NCBI RefSeq assembly: GCF_048593235.1
Contig: NC_133617.1
Location: 705,850,958-705,914,957 of the forward strand
Length of the DNA stretch: 64,000 bases
Direction: 5' to 3'
From: Sminthopsis crassicaudata
Taxonomy: Eukaryota
Shown: positions 1-12,444 of the stretch, in pieces
Layout: each line of letters opens with the position of its first letter
How positions within the stretch are numbered: the stretch's first letter is position 1
Translations under genes and position numbers: made by a program
The notes under the pieces: model-generated
Told to the model about the DNA's origin: nothing
The model's database searches: none
The model's input: only the letters and a program-made list of their open reading frames with translations

Positions 1-1
1 G

Positions 2-3000
2 CAAGAAGGATACGGCTTGGTGGATAACTTAGTCACTGGAGATGAAGGGGAAAGGGATGTGGGGGTCAAATTATGGGTTTCAAAAGGACCCATTTTTAAA
101 GATACGAGGGATCCTCTGAAAACAGAGCAGCCTCCAGGACAAGTGGCTCCAATCTCCCTTGCAACTGCATCCCCTGAGGAGTCTCCAGCTCCTCATCTCT
201 TCTCCACCCTTGTCCTCAGAACACAAAAACCCCATCCAAAGGGTCTTCAAGAGAAGATAGAGGTCTTGTCTAAAGGTATGACAAGCCCTACTCCCAAAGG
301 GATTCCTAGGGAGGACTTGGAATGGAAGGTAGTCAGCAGGGATGATGATCTTAGTCTTCAAGGGCCATTGGCTGGCCAAGCCCCAGCTCTTTCATGGGTG
401 CCTTCCATGACAACTGATCATGAGCACCAGCCACTAAGTAACAGTCCTGTGATTCCAGAGGTAGGAGGAGAGCTGATTATGCAGACAGACTTTGTCACTC
501 TCAGGACCATAAACAGTTATGTCCCCTTCTCAAAAGACCATGCCCTAAGCCCCACGGTGGGTGCTGGAGAGGAAATGACAAAGAAAGCACAAAGTTGGAG
601 TGAGAAGGTCACCCCCGGAGAGAAAAAGCAGGGCTCCCCCCAACCAGGGGTAGGAAGGAGCTGGAGTGAAGAAGCCCAAGCCCCCCAACTTATCACTGAG
701 AAGAGTTTTGTGTCTTCTGTCCTAAGACCTGAGTTGACATCCTCTGCTACAGCTGCTTCCTCTCAGGGTTCCAAGTCTCTGCCCATCTGGATTTCAGAAA
801 ATCACCTTCCCTCAGTCTTGGCCGAAGAGCCTGACCTCAGGACTCGAAGCTGGAGTGCCCATTTTGCCCATCAAATCAGCACCCAAAAGGCTCCATTCAG
901 CCCCCAGACTGAAGACTCTGACATGGAGGGGTCCACTCCCTCTACTACACTTCTTCCCAGGTCCAAGTCACCATCACCTTCCCTTGCCTCCAACATTACA
1001 GCTCCACTGTTTCCTGGGCAACAGCCTGGGCCAGGTAGGTACAAGGGGAATTTCTAGGTACTGGTCCCACCAAGTTGGCTCCTTCTCACATAGTTCTTAA
1101 ATGCTTACATGCTTCCCATTATCCATCATAGACCCTACTGGGTTCCTTCAGGCAAGGAAGGAACTGACCCAGGAAATAAAGTCTCCTCTCAATACTGGAA
1201 GCCCTGTTTAGGCCTAGCCTTCATGCTAGTTCCTGCAGCCCTGGGTATGCATTCTCTAAGAAGGATGGACTTAGATAATGTGTTTTGCCTCCTAAAAAGC
1301 AGAATTCCAAGAATCTTGAGAGCTCCCTAGTTCAGCTATTGTCATATGAGCCTAGACAAGCTATTTAACCTCAAAGTACCTCACTTTTCTTATCTGCAGA
1401 ATGTGAAGAATAATACTGTGAAAATAATATAAAATAGCATAAAAGACTGCTTTCATATCAGGGAGCCTCAGTTCAAATCCCAACTTGCTTTCTACCTGCA
1501 GGACTGTGAGCTAGTCACTTAATAAACACTCTGAACCACAGTTTTCTCAATTATAAAAGTGATGGTGTTAGACTAAATGATCTCCAAGGCCCCTTTGAGT
1601 TCTAAATCCTATGATAGGAGAAGATAATGAGAAGATAAAATCAAAAGTTCCTTGAAAATTGTGAATTGTTATGCATATTGTATAAGTAGAGCAATAATGT
1701 GATTAGTGGATAGAGTACTGGATTTTGGGTCGATAAGATCTGTAATCAAATTCTTCCTCTAAAAAGCTACATGAACATGGAAAAGAGTTACTTATTTTCT
1801 CTGTTTCAGGCAATTTTTTTGATAGCTTTTTATTTTTCCAAATATATACAAAGTATGTTTTCAACATTTACTTTTACAAAACCTTGTGTTAATGGTTTTT
1901 TTTTCCCTCTCTCTCCCCCTCCCATAGATAGTGAGCAATCCAATACAGGTTAAACATGTGCAGTTCTTTTCAACATGTTACCACATTCATCATGCTGCAC
2001 AAGAAAAATGAGATTAAAAAGTGAAAGGGGAAAAATGAGAGAAAAAACAAGCAAACAATAGCAATCAAAACAGGTGAAAATAGCATATTTTGATCCACAT
2101 TCAGTCAACATAGTTCTCTCGGCATGCAGATGACTCCTTCCATCATAAGTCTATTGAAATTCCTTGAATCACCTCATGTTGAAAAGGGCCAAGTCCATTA
2201 CAGTTGATCATCACGTAATCTACAATGTTCTCTTGATTCTACTTACTTCATTTAGCACCAGTTCATGCAAGTCTTTCCAGGTTTTTCTGGAATCAGGCAG
2301 TTTAAAAATAAATAACTTTTTCTTTTTCAAAATACATACAAATGAAAAATGTGAAAATATGTTGAGAAGAATTGCACATGTTTAATCTATATTGGATTAC
2401 TTGCCGACTTAGGGAGGAGGTGGGGTAAAGGGAGGGAGAAAAATTTGGAACACAATTTTTCAAGGATGAATGTTCAAAAACGATCTCTGCATCTATTTAT
2501 TTTTATACTTTTATTTTCAAAATGCAGGCAGAGATCGTTTTCAACATTCGTCCTTGCAAAAATCTTGCGTTCCATATTTTCTCCCTCCCTCCCTCTTTTC
2601 CCCTCCCCTAGACAAGAAGTAATCCAATATAGGATAAATGTGCAATTCTTCTCAACATATTTCCACATTTATCATGCTGCACAAGAAAAATCAGATCAAA
2701 AAGGAAAAAAGGGGGGGAAAACAAGCATGCAAATAACAACAACAAAAAGGTGAAAATACTATATTGTGATCCACATTCAGTCCCCTTAGTCCACTCCCTG
2801 GATGCAGATGGCTCTCTCCATCATAAGTCTATTGGAATTGCAGGCAATGCTTTTAAGATTCAAGTTCTAGACATCTGGAAGTTGTGTTGGAGTGAGCTCC
2901 CCTCCCCTATGGTATTATTGTGTTTTTTTGTTTGTTTGTTTTTTGTTTTTGTTTTTGTTTTTTTTCAGAGACAGTACTCTTGGAAGAAACTGAACTAATT

Positions 3001-5695
3001 TCCCCCCAGCGAGTAAGAGGAGCTGTGGAATCTCCAAATTCCCTTAATTCCACCATTGCAAGCACCCCTGTTCCTGGGAAGGTGCTCAATGCCACAAAGA
3101 GCCTCCCAGCAGCCGGTCCACCAGGTGAGGGGACTATTTGTGGGGCCTGAATATGGAGGGGAAAGAGAACATTTTCACCCACCCACCCCCAGAAGAGAAG
3201 ATTCCTGATTTGAAATTTTCTGATTTGGAACCCTGATTTGAAGGAGCCCAGAAAGCACATCTAATCCCATCAGAAGATCTAGGGCCAATTTTCCTAGAAG
3301 GACAACAGTTATTTTTGTCTCCGTTCTCCTGTTTGAAAAATCACTACTTTCCCATTTTCCCTTTCCCTGGCTTTCTAAATAAAACAAAACAAAACTCCCA
3401 AAAGGCAGGCCATTCTAGCTGATTCACGTGTGGCCTGAATCAGGGGTTGGAGAGTTTTCCCAAAGCCTGGTAAATTTCTGTCTACCTCTCCTGTTGCTGC
3501 TCCAAGCACCCTGATTAAGAGAGACTAAAGAAGTCCTAGCTAGCTGAGTGGGAGGGGAGGGAATAACCATCCCTGAGAGCTGAGCAGCTTTTACTATGTT
3601 CATCTCGTTTGATCCTCACTATAATGCTCTGAGCTAGGTGCTCACTTTGTGGGGGGACCCCCTCTCGAATCCCAGGGGAAGGCCTGGGGGGTTCGGGGAA
3701 GGCAGGGGTCTCACGGATGTCCTTGTTTCAGGTGCAAAGGAAAGGCTGCCTGCGGAGCGGCCTCCTCAGAGCCACCCTCCGGCCCCTCCAGCTTCCTCCG
3801 GGCCATCCGTGGCCACTTCCCGCCGGGGGCTCATCCGCGTCACCACCCAGAGAGCCCTGGGGCAACCGAGCCCTCCGGAGCCGTCTCCGAGCCCCGCGGC
3901 CTCGGACGCTCCCCCGGATTCCACTTGCGGCCCGAGGGCGTGCAGCCCCCAGATCAATGGGACGAGCTCCCCGCCCCTGCGCTGGGGGCCTCTGCGGCAC
4001 ACCCTGAGCTTCGCCTGGGAGCTGCACGTGTACGGAGCCGGGGCCTTCTTCCTGCTGCTGGCCTTCCTGGCCCTGGCAGGCCTGGTGGCCGCCGCGGTCA
4101 CGCCGCACGTGCCCGGGCGAGCCCACGCGCTGGCCGCGGCCGCTCTCGTGCTGGCGGCCTCCTTGCTGCGCGCCATCTACTTACTGGCCGACCCCTACGG
4201 CTCCCGGGGCCGCTGGGCGGCCCGCACCGGGCTGGTGCTCTACAATCTGCCCTTCCCTCTGCTGGTGACGGCCCTCGGGGCGCTGGCGCTCCTGGGCCTC
4301 GGGCAGCTGCTCCCGGCCAGGCTGCGCAGCCTGCGGCTGCTGGGCGTGCTGGGCGCCGTGCACTGGACGCTCCTCCTGGGAGCCGACCTCCTCTCGCCCT
4401 GGCTTCGCCCTCCTCTCAACCTGCTGGTGCAGGGCCTGTCGTGCGCCTGGGGCGCCGCCGTGGCGCTGGGCACGCTGCTGCTGTGCCGCCGCTGGCTCCT
4501 CGGGGCGGTGGAGGTCGGCCCCGAGGGCCACGGGAGGAGCCGCGCCGCGGGGCCCGGGCCCAGGGTCCTGGCTGTGGGCGGGGCTCTCGGATTGCTGGCC
4601 AGCGGTTTGCAACTGGCGGCCGCAGTGTGGCTGTACCCGCTGGCGGGGACCCCCGGCCGCTTCTCCTGGCCCTGGTGGGGCGTACAGTTCTGGCTCCGCC
4701 TGGTGGAACTCGCCTGGGCGGCCGCCCTGGCCCTGGTGGCTGGCGTCGCTTCGTGCCGCTGGGGACCCAGGCCCACCGAGCACACGTGCTGGGGCAAGCT
4801 GCTGCACTACGCGTGCCCCCCGCCGGGTAAAAACGAGGTGCCCGAGTACCCCAACAACTGCTACGACTGGACGGGCACAGCCGGGCTCGAGCGCGGCGGC
4901 ACAGACATCAGCAAGAGCCTCATTCGCAACCCCGCGGAGAGCGGGGGCTGCCGCCCCGCCAAGGACAGCAACGAGCTGCGAGCCGGTCAGGTGTTTACCA
5001 GCCCCGCCGGCTCGGCCGCCTCCCTGGCTCGGGCCGGCCGGAGCCCCAAGTACCCCAACAACGTGGGCCCGGGCCGCTCCCGCAGCAGCGTGTGCCTGGA
5101 TAAAACTGCGGGCTTGTCGCTGAGCGATCTGGACCTGCGCCCGCCGTCGCCCATCAACCTGAGCCGGAGCATCGACGAGGCGCTGTTTCGGGAGCACCTG
5201 GTCCGCGACAGCGTGTTCCTGCGCTCCAGCCTGCAGTACCCCGCTGGCCTGGGCCGTCGGGACTCGGCCGCCTCCCTGCAGGCCCTCCCCCAGCCAGGGG
5301 GCCCCGCCTCGCGGCAAAGGCGCAGCAGCAACCCCGACTGTTCGGGCCTAACCCCTCAGGACCGCTGCTGTTCCTTGACTGACGTGCGGATCGTGCCCAA
5401 GCCTGCTCCCGAGCCGGAAACGGGGGCAGCGTCCGGGAGCTCGCTGGATAGCTTTTCCAAGGGCTCCCTCAAGATCAGCTGGAACCCGTGGCGCCATGGA
5501 CTGTCTTCGGTGGAGAGCCTCCCCCTGGACGAGCTGCCCAGCACGGTGCAGCTGCTGCCCTCCCAGGCCGAGCCAGAGCCTGCGTCCGCCCCGGAGGAGC
5601 TCGGGGACTCGGAGCGCGAGGCCCGAAGGAGCTTCCTGGCCCTGAGTAAGCAGGTAGACTCCCGAAGCGCCTCCAGCGAAACCATAGAGCTGTGA
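2..5695 (+). CDS. PRRT3: Proline-rich transmembrane protein 3, 5'-partial. Exons: <2..1034, 2969..3124, 3732..5695
   Basis: The frame is open from the window edge to donor CCAG|GTAGGT at 1034. The 156-nt exon (TTTCAG|AG acceptor, CCAG|GTGAGG donor) encodes ISPQRVRGAV. The last exon (TTTCAG|GT acceptor) encodes RRGLIRVTTQRALGQP, a multi-TM region (WELHVYG, DPYGS, LYNLPFPLL), DLRPPSPINLSRSID, GSLKISWNPWRHGLSS and the C-terminus ETIEL*. All junctions are phase 1 and give at least 1050 codons in the window. Confidence 0.95.
1805..2860. mobile_element. Cluster of marsupial LINE-1 3'-end fragments in PRRT3 intron (mostly antisense, one short sense piece)
   Basis: The recurrent motif CATGCTGCACAAGAAAAAT...GGTGAAAATA...GATCCACATTCAGT is seen twice here and again at about 41400. 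Confidence 0.7.
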
Positions 5696-5760
5696 TCAGT
5701 CCGGGAAACTGGGGACTAGAGAGAAAAGGGGAGCCGCTCCCCTTCCCTTCCTGTCCCCCA
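3700..5760. promoter_or_regulatory. CpG island over the PRRT3 last exon
   Basis: Very high GC and CpG density compared with the CpG-poor flanks. Confidence 0.7.
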
Positions 5761-6040
5761 GAGAGAGAGGGCGCTTCATCCTCAAATCCAGGATTATTTT
5801 TTTACCTATTTTTTGGAACTCAGATTTTTGCCCAGGGATATGGCCTTCACAGAGTGGAGGTAAAATGGGGAGAGCGCTCTAGGGGAAGGGCCTTCTGCTG
5901 CCCCGAAGCACGGAGCCAAGGAAGGATTCCAGGAGCTATAACGGGGACACGTTCTGCAAGAAGTCCCTTCGAGAGCCATGTCTAAAACTTCCTGCTTTGT
6001 GCCAAAAAACAAAAAAAACAAAACAAAAAAACCCCGACAA

Positions 6041-6046
6041 AATAAA
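6041..6046 (+). terminator. PRRT3: Probable PRRT3 polyadenylation signal (AATAAA)
   Basis: AATAAA about 350 nt after the stop codon, followed by T/C-rich sequence. Confidence 0.55.
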
Positions 6047-7228
6047 CTTTTAAACCAATCTGCCTTGCCCACCCTTCCCTCTTTAGCCCTCAAGTTTTCC
6101 TCCTATAGGACTCTATCCTTCATCTCCTCCTACTATCCTAGGCTGAGCTTTCAGCCACTCGGCCAAACAGCGAGGAGAAATCAAGGCAGGGTAAGCCAGG
6201 CACTGCTCCAACATCTATGATAGCCCACAGTGCTGTGTGCCGGACTCAGAAGTCACGGAGTAGAAATTAAAATCTTGGTTTTGCTCTAGTCACTTAACTG
6301 TTCTGGGACTCAAGTTTTCTCAGCTATAAAATGAGGGGGTTTAACTCATCACCTCTAAGGTCCCTTTTATTTCTAGGTCTAGGACCCAGGAGCTGCATTT
6401 GGGAGACTTAAGAAGCTCTTGGGACACTACAGAGCAGTGGATGGAGGTTGGGAGTGGGCAGTCTTTGGTTATAAAGGTTTCTCTTTCCTTGCCCATTAAT
6501 TTTCAGGGCCCTGCTTCATAGCTGAATCTCACATCGCCAGTGGACATTCCCTTATCCCATTTTCCCCATCAGAACAATTCCTGAAGCTCACACACTGAAA
6601 GTGATGGTAAATTCTCTCCTTCTACCACTCAACCCCAAAATCCTTCTAGTTCTTCCAGTTCCAAAGAGATTAGCCCAAGATTCATAGTCAGAGGATCTAA
6701 CCACTATTTCCAACACAGAGCCTAGGATCAGCTATTTAACTTCAGAGACACCCAATTTTCCTCTCTATAAAATTAGGTTAGTAATATTTTGGCTCAAATT
6801 TTTGGGGAAATTTTTTTCAAAGTATTACATAAAGAGCAAAGAAGAGGTGCATGGTGGGAGTAAGTAGAGTGTGATGTAGCAAAGTAACAAGAAGCAAGGA
6901 TGTCCAGGAAATATGAGCAGGAGAAATAGGTGGATTTTGGGAAAGACTGAGGCAAGGTAATCTTGAGAAGTCAGAAGAAAATGAAAGAAAATTCTGGGCT
7001 TCTTAGGTCAGCCATGAGGGGCAAACTTGAGAAGAAGACTTTGACATAGAAAGGTGAATCCAGGACACCTCATTCCAAGTGAGCAAAGGCCTCCTGGGGC
7101 CCCACTTATATGCCATCCCTCATAGACCATTAGACAAATGTACAATATGTCAAGCCGGAAGCTAGGCCTGGGGTAGATAGCAGAGGGGGCTTAGAGATGC
7201 TGGAGTCACTACTAGATTTATGAAGAAC

Positions 7229-7234
7229 TTTATT
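7229..7234 (-). terminator. CRELD1: Candidate CRELD1 polyadenylation signal
   Basis: TTTATT on + (AATAAA on -), about 860 nt downstream of the CRELD1 stop, convergent with the PRRT3 3' end. Confidence 0.4.
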
Positions 7235-8093
7235 TTCCTGAGATGAATAAATAGTTGAGTGAGTGTGGGCAAAAGCAAGGGCAGGGACCATGCAGGAGGA
7301 TTCTGTCCCTCTGCTCCTCTTCCCTTGCATGGACCACCTCCCTGTGCCTCCCAGTTTCCAGGACTAAAGAGGGGAGAAGGGAGAATATGGGGCACAGCTG
7401 TGTAGCCAAGGTCATAGGCACTACCAAAAGGAGGAAATAATTTTTAAAAATCACTTAGCCAGGACTTGTCCTCCCTCTCAGTATCTCATTCCCACCCCCC
7501 TTCCCAACTCCCTTTAAAGTTTTGGGCCCTGCCTCCAGGGGCATTTTTTTCAAAACCCTTCCATTGCCAGTTCCTACAACAAGTAGGCCCCAGCATCACT
7601 GGATGGCCTGGAGTCCCGCTGCACAGGGGAGCGGAAGGCCACAGGAAGTGCATCTAGTAGAGAAGGGGAGTAAGGCCAGAGGAAAGGATGGAACCCTGGC
7701 CCGGTCCCCACACATAAACACAAAATAACTGCAGCCCTAGCCTGTGGCTAGGAGGGAGACATTCCCATCTCCAGCTCTGCCTGGAGGGGCCACATCCACA
7801 AAGATAGAAGCCAAGGGACAGAGAGAGGCACTGAGCTTAGCAGAGGACTGGCGTGGCACCTGGGAGCTGGCAGTCCTGATTCACTCGGGCTTGGGAGGGC
7901 AGGGCTTAGAGTTAAGGTTTGCTGACTTGTTTCCTCCTTGACACAAACCTTAACTTGCCCAAGCTGCCTGTCCATCTAGATCCAGTCTCCCCCCACCATC
8001 AGTTTTCAGTCCTTGGGCTCAACCTGAGCCGACCCCCCCTTGGCCCGGCACTGTAGAGAGGGAGGGGGGAACCCTCCCACCTGTAGCAATTCT

Positions 8094-11000
8094 CTATCTG
8101 CCTTTGATGAAGCCGTCCAGCACACGGTCACTACGCTCTGACAGCCAGTATCCGGCCATGGCAGCCACAGCCCCGATGAAGATGGCAGTGAAGACCATGT
8201 CACCTTTGGCTGCCAGTGTAGCCAGGGCACAGATGATGACACCAAAAAACATCTGCTGCAAGACCACCACCTCATCGTCGGTCACCTCGGAGAAGAAGCC
8301 TCCTGGCTTGGGCTCTGAAGAGGAAGAGAAGAGATCATGAGCAAACAACGCTCTGAACCTCACAAACTCTTACATTCAAAACCTTCTCAGTCCTAAAAAC
8401 CACCTCACCGCTGGCTGCTCTCACTCCTTTTGAGGATGAGGAACCATCTTTTTAAATGGGATGTGCCCCGGGTCCCTGAGTGAGTCTATCTCAGGTATCC
8501 TGATATTGGATCTAAGGTTCTATCTGATAGGCCAGGTTGACAGAAGCCGGGTAAGGTATATGTAAAAGTCACCAACGGAAGCAAGGCATTGGGAGAGAGC
8601 TATCTGGGCTGTGGCAGTCAAGGAGAGAGAAAAGAAGGGCTTGGGAGAAGGGCTGTAGACACTACAGATGGCCAGTGGCCAGATAAGCGCTGGGCAGGCC
8701 TCTGGGCAATCTCCTTGGAGACCGACAGGAAGGGTGGGAAGCTCGGCTCTGCAGGGGCCACCAGACTGCCCAGAAGGTGCTTCTGCTACCCCAGGCAGCC
8801 CCCCCAGCCCCACCCCCAAGGCACCGCTCACCTTCCAGCTGCCGTGGCACACAGCCCTCCTGGCCTCTCTCGTAGCCCTCCACACAGGCGCACCGGTAGC
8901 TTCCGTCCGTGTTCTCACAGAGCTCGTGGGGGCCCGTGCACACCTCCTCCTGACCCTCACACTCGTCCACATCTGGGGGATGGAGGAGAGGTCAGGCCTC
9001 CTCTGCCCCCCATGACCCAGAGTCCCCAGGCCCACCACTCCTCAGTGTTGGGCGGGCCAGACAAAAAGGAGGCTCCCTCACCCAAGCATTTGGCTCCCTC
9101 TCGGCGGTAGCCCGCACTGCACCTCTTACACCGGGCAGGCCCTGCCCCCATACAGCCAGCGCAGGCTTTGGCACAATCTGGGGAGAAAGGGGAGAAGGGC
9201 CGTGAATGGGACTCCGCGATCTGACGAAACTTGGGAGTTGGCCGTAAGAGACCGAAAGAGCGGCTGTCCCTCCCAAGGGGCCTCCCTCTCCCCCGCCTCC
9301 ACCTCCAAAGTTGGGTCTGACCTCGGCACTCATAGGACCCATCCGTGTTCACGCAGAACTGGTTGGCTTTGCAGGTGGCCATCTCTGTCCCACACTCATC
9401 GATGTCTGTGGAGAAGGAAAGGCTTTCAGAGACCTCCCTCCACTACTAACCCCCTCTGATTTCATGGGGACCCTGTCCTCACAGGCCCCACAATACTCTA
9501 TGTGTATCCACAACAGTTTATTCTTTTCAAGTCTTTTCATATCCATTACACTCACCTGATCCTTACAACAACCCACAAGGGAAAAGTAGTTCTTTTTTTT
9601 TTTTTTTCCATTGTTAAAAAACATTTTTATTTAAAGTTTCGAGTTCTATCCCTCCCTCCTTCCCAGAGACAATAGCAATCAGATACAGGGCCTACATGTG
9701 CAGTTATGCAAACATTTCCTTATTAGTCATTTTGCACGAGACAACCCCAAAAGGAAAAAAAAATGAAAGTAAAAAGTAGCATCCTTTAGACTGTCTTCAA
9801 ACAATAAGTTCTTTCTCCAGAGGCAGATGATCTGTTTCACTGTTAGTTCTTTGGGATTGTCTTAGATCATTAGATTGTTGAGAAGAGCTAAGTCTTTCAC
9901 AATTCTTCATCCAACAATATTTTAGTTCCATTTTTACAGAAGACAAGACTGAAGCCCATTGAATGACTTGCTCAGAGTCACATGGCTCCTAGCGGCCCAC
10001 CTCTCCTAATCCTTGGCACAAAGCCCCCCTGGAAAGAGTGGGAGGCCTGTCCTGAGTCTGCCCCACTCTGCTGCACTCACCCACACACTTTTGCTGGTGC
10101 AAGGCCCAACCTTGTTTGCAGCGAAGACAGTTGCCCTCCTTGGGGCCCGAGCAACGGGAACAGGGGCCGAAGCAAGCTGAGGAAGGCAGAGACAAAGGGA
10201 GGGATGGTGAGATGGGGAAGACGGTGGGCCCCCTTGACAGCTGAGCCACCACGCCATCTCCATCCCCAACCCAAGGGCCTCCCTGGCCCTGGCCCACTAC
10301 CTACCCTCACATACCAGGTGGCTGGAGTTTCGAGTGGCTTCATAGTAACCGTCCCCACACTGGGCACAGGTGGGGCCCCCATAGCTGAGCTGGCAGTCAC
10401 AGCGCCCACTGCCCTGTCGGGTGCCCTCCCCGTCACAGTGCCCATTACCACTGCAAGGCTTCTCCGTGCCCCCGGGACAGGCTGTAAGGAGACATCACCC
10501 ATCCTAAGCTAGGACAGCCTTGGAACTGGGCTGGCAAAAGCTATTACTCCCTTACCCCCAGGATCCACCAGCCCTCCCAAACACCCTCAGGCACATGGAG
10601 CTCTCCAGAACAGTACCACCCCTTCATCTCCTATCATCACAACTGGGCCTAGTCTGAGTCTAGGGCCTGGTTATCACACCTCCATACCAGCACATGGTAC
10701 CACACTGGGCTTTGCCACTGTCCTTCTCCACTTTTTACCTCATTTCATCTCCACAAATAACCCGGGAGCTGGACAAGTATCATTATTCCCAATTTGCAGA
10801 TAGAGGAATTAAGGCTAGGTCATATAAGACAAGTGGAGATGAAGGGACGGAGACAGCTTAACTACACAAGGGTCAGAGAAGGCCTCGGAAGAGAAAATGG
10901 CAATTTTGACTAGCTAAAATTGAAAAGCTCTTGCACAAATAAATCCAGTGTAGTCAGAAAAAGAAAGGGAAGAAGCTGAGACAAGTTCAATGGCTTCCCT

Positions 11001-12444
11001 CAAACTCCATGCCACACTCTCTGCAGGGCCCCCGAGGAGCAGATGCCCACACGCCCACCACCCCATTCCCAGAGGCAGTTTGAGCAACTCACCCTGACAG
11101 GAGGGCCATAGGTTCCGGGAGGGCAGCAAACCTTTAGGGAGTCCATGCAAAGCCACTGGAAGAGATCGGGGGCCTGATGCTGCCTGAGAGGGTGGGGGCA
11201 CCATTAAAGGGGCGGGACACAATACATGCCACAAAGAGTGGGGTCGAGGCTCTCTGAAGGACCCGGCCCAGCGTCCTCCCTTCCTCAGGGCTGGTCAACC
11301 AAGGAGCCGCGCTGGTCTGGTGGTGAGCCATCGTCCAGCCCCGCTCCCCTTACTTTAGCAGCAACCCCAGAGGCTAACTGGCTCGGACCTGCTTCAGATT
11401 AGCATCAGACTTGCAGGTTTTCGGATTCCAAATCCAGTGCTCTTTCTGCCACACCACCTCATTTCCCAGGTGAGTTGCTTCCCAAAACAACTCAGGTCAG
11501 TTTGATTCAATTAAAAATACATTTATTGAGCACCATTAACACACTGTGTTAGGTGCTACAGAGATAAAAATCAGCAGTGTCTGCTTTCAAAGAGCTTACA
11601 ATCCAAAGGGGGGAAGGGGAGCTCGAGGCTCAACACAAACAACGTGACCCAAGGTGGGATGTGATATGGTAAAAGCGACCCGACAATGACCTGGTATTTG
11701 GACTGATGGGAGATGCTCCCTCCTGCCAACCTGTGTTCCCCGAGCCCGCAGGGAGCCCACTCACTTGTGGAACCACCACGTCTCCACCAGCTCCTCACTC
11801 TGCTCCAGGAGTCGGTGACATTCAAAGTCGGACTTGCTGCACACGCCCTCCAGCACCTCCACCAGCCGGGTCTCACTGGCCAAGTGAGACAGGTGAACAA
11901 GCTGAGGTCCGGCCCTGCCCCTTGCCTGGCCCTCCCTCCCCCCCGCTGGGCCTAGCCAGTGAATCCCACCAGTGGTCCCTAGCAGAGGGGGAAGGCTTCG
12001 ATCCGCTCCTGGCCCCCGACGTGGCACAGATGGGGCATAAGCAGAGGAGAATCCCCCTGTCCTTGGGAAGGAGGTCCTGCCTCAACCCCGAGACCCCATG
12101 GTCTCCCAGTCCTCCAAACTACCTGTCCTTATACTTGGACAGCTTCTCCTCCTCCCAGGCAGTGTTCCCTCCTCCAAAGTTGTCCCCGGACTGTCCGTTC
12201 CAAGCCCTGGGAAAGAGAAGGGCAGGACTCATCCACTCCATAATGAGCGGCTCTGCCCTAAACACTTAGAAAGCAGGAGCGTAGCAGCGGGAAGAAGGCA
12301 CTCACCTTGCTGAAGCTGTGGACCAGGTTCCCGGCAGGTGTGGCAGGGCTGTGACTGGAGCCACGCAGGGACTGGGAAGCTCAAAAAGAGGCACAGACAC
12401 CATGGCAGGATGGGAACCAAGCTTCTCCAGAGAACTGGGGCCAT
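8094..12444 (-). CDS. CRELD1: Cysteine-rich with EGF-like domains 1. Coding exons: 12306..12444, 12123..12206, 11765..11875, 11093..11183, 10305..10481, 10081..10176, 9322..9405, 9082..9177, 8832..8972, 8094..8314. Three 1-bp indels as assembled; 412 aa after correction
   Basis: Signal peptide MAPVLWRSL..., CHTCR CxxC motif, WE domain (GGGNTAWEEEKLSKYKDSETRLVEVLEGVC), EGF/furin-like Cys repeats, Ca-binding EGF motifs (DIDEC, DVDEC) and the two-TM C-terminus QQMFFGVIICALATLAAKGD...GFIKGR*. All introns are GT-AG. Frame breaks occur at about 12330, 12185 and 11103. Confidence 0.95.
9585..9925 (-). mobile_element. LINE-1 3'-end fragment in CRELD1 intron
   Basis: A poly-T head followed by TTTTATTTAAAGTTT...CATGTGCAGTTATGCAAACATTTCC, matching the L1 3'-end pattern repeated elsewhere in the window. 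Confidence 0.55.

Noticed and set aside
3649-5317. Long overlapping and antisense ORFs over PRRT3 (393 aa on +, 378 aa on -)
   Set aside because: They are shadow ORFs of a very GC-rich coding exon, with low-complexity Arg/Gly/Ala/Pro translations and no splice or domain support.
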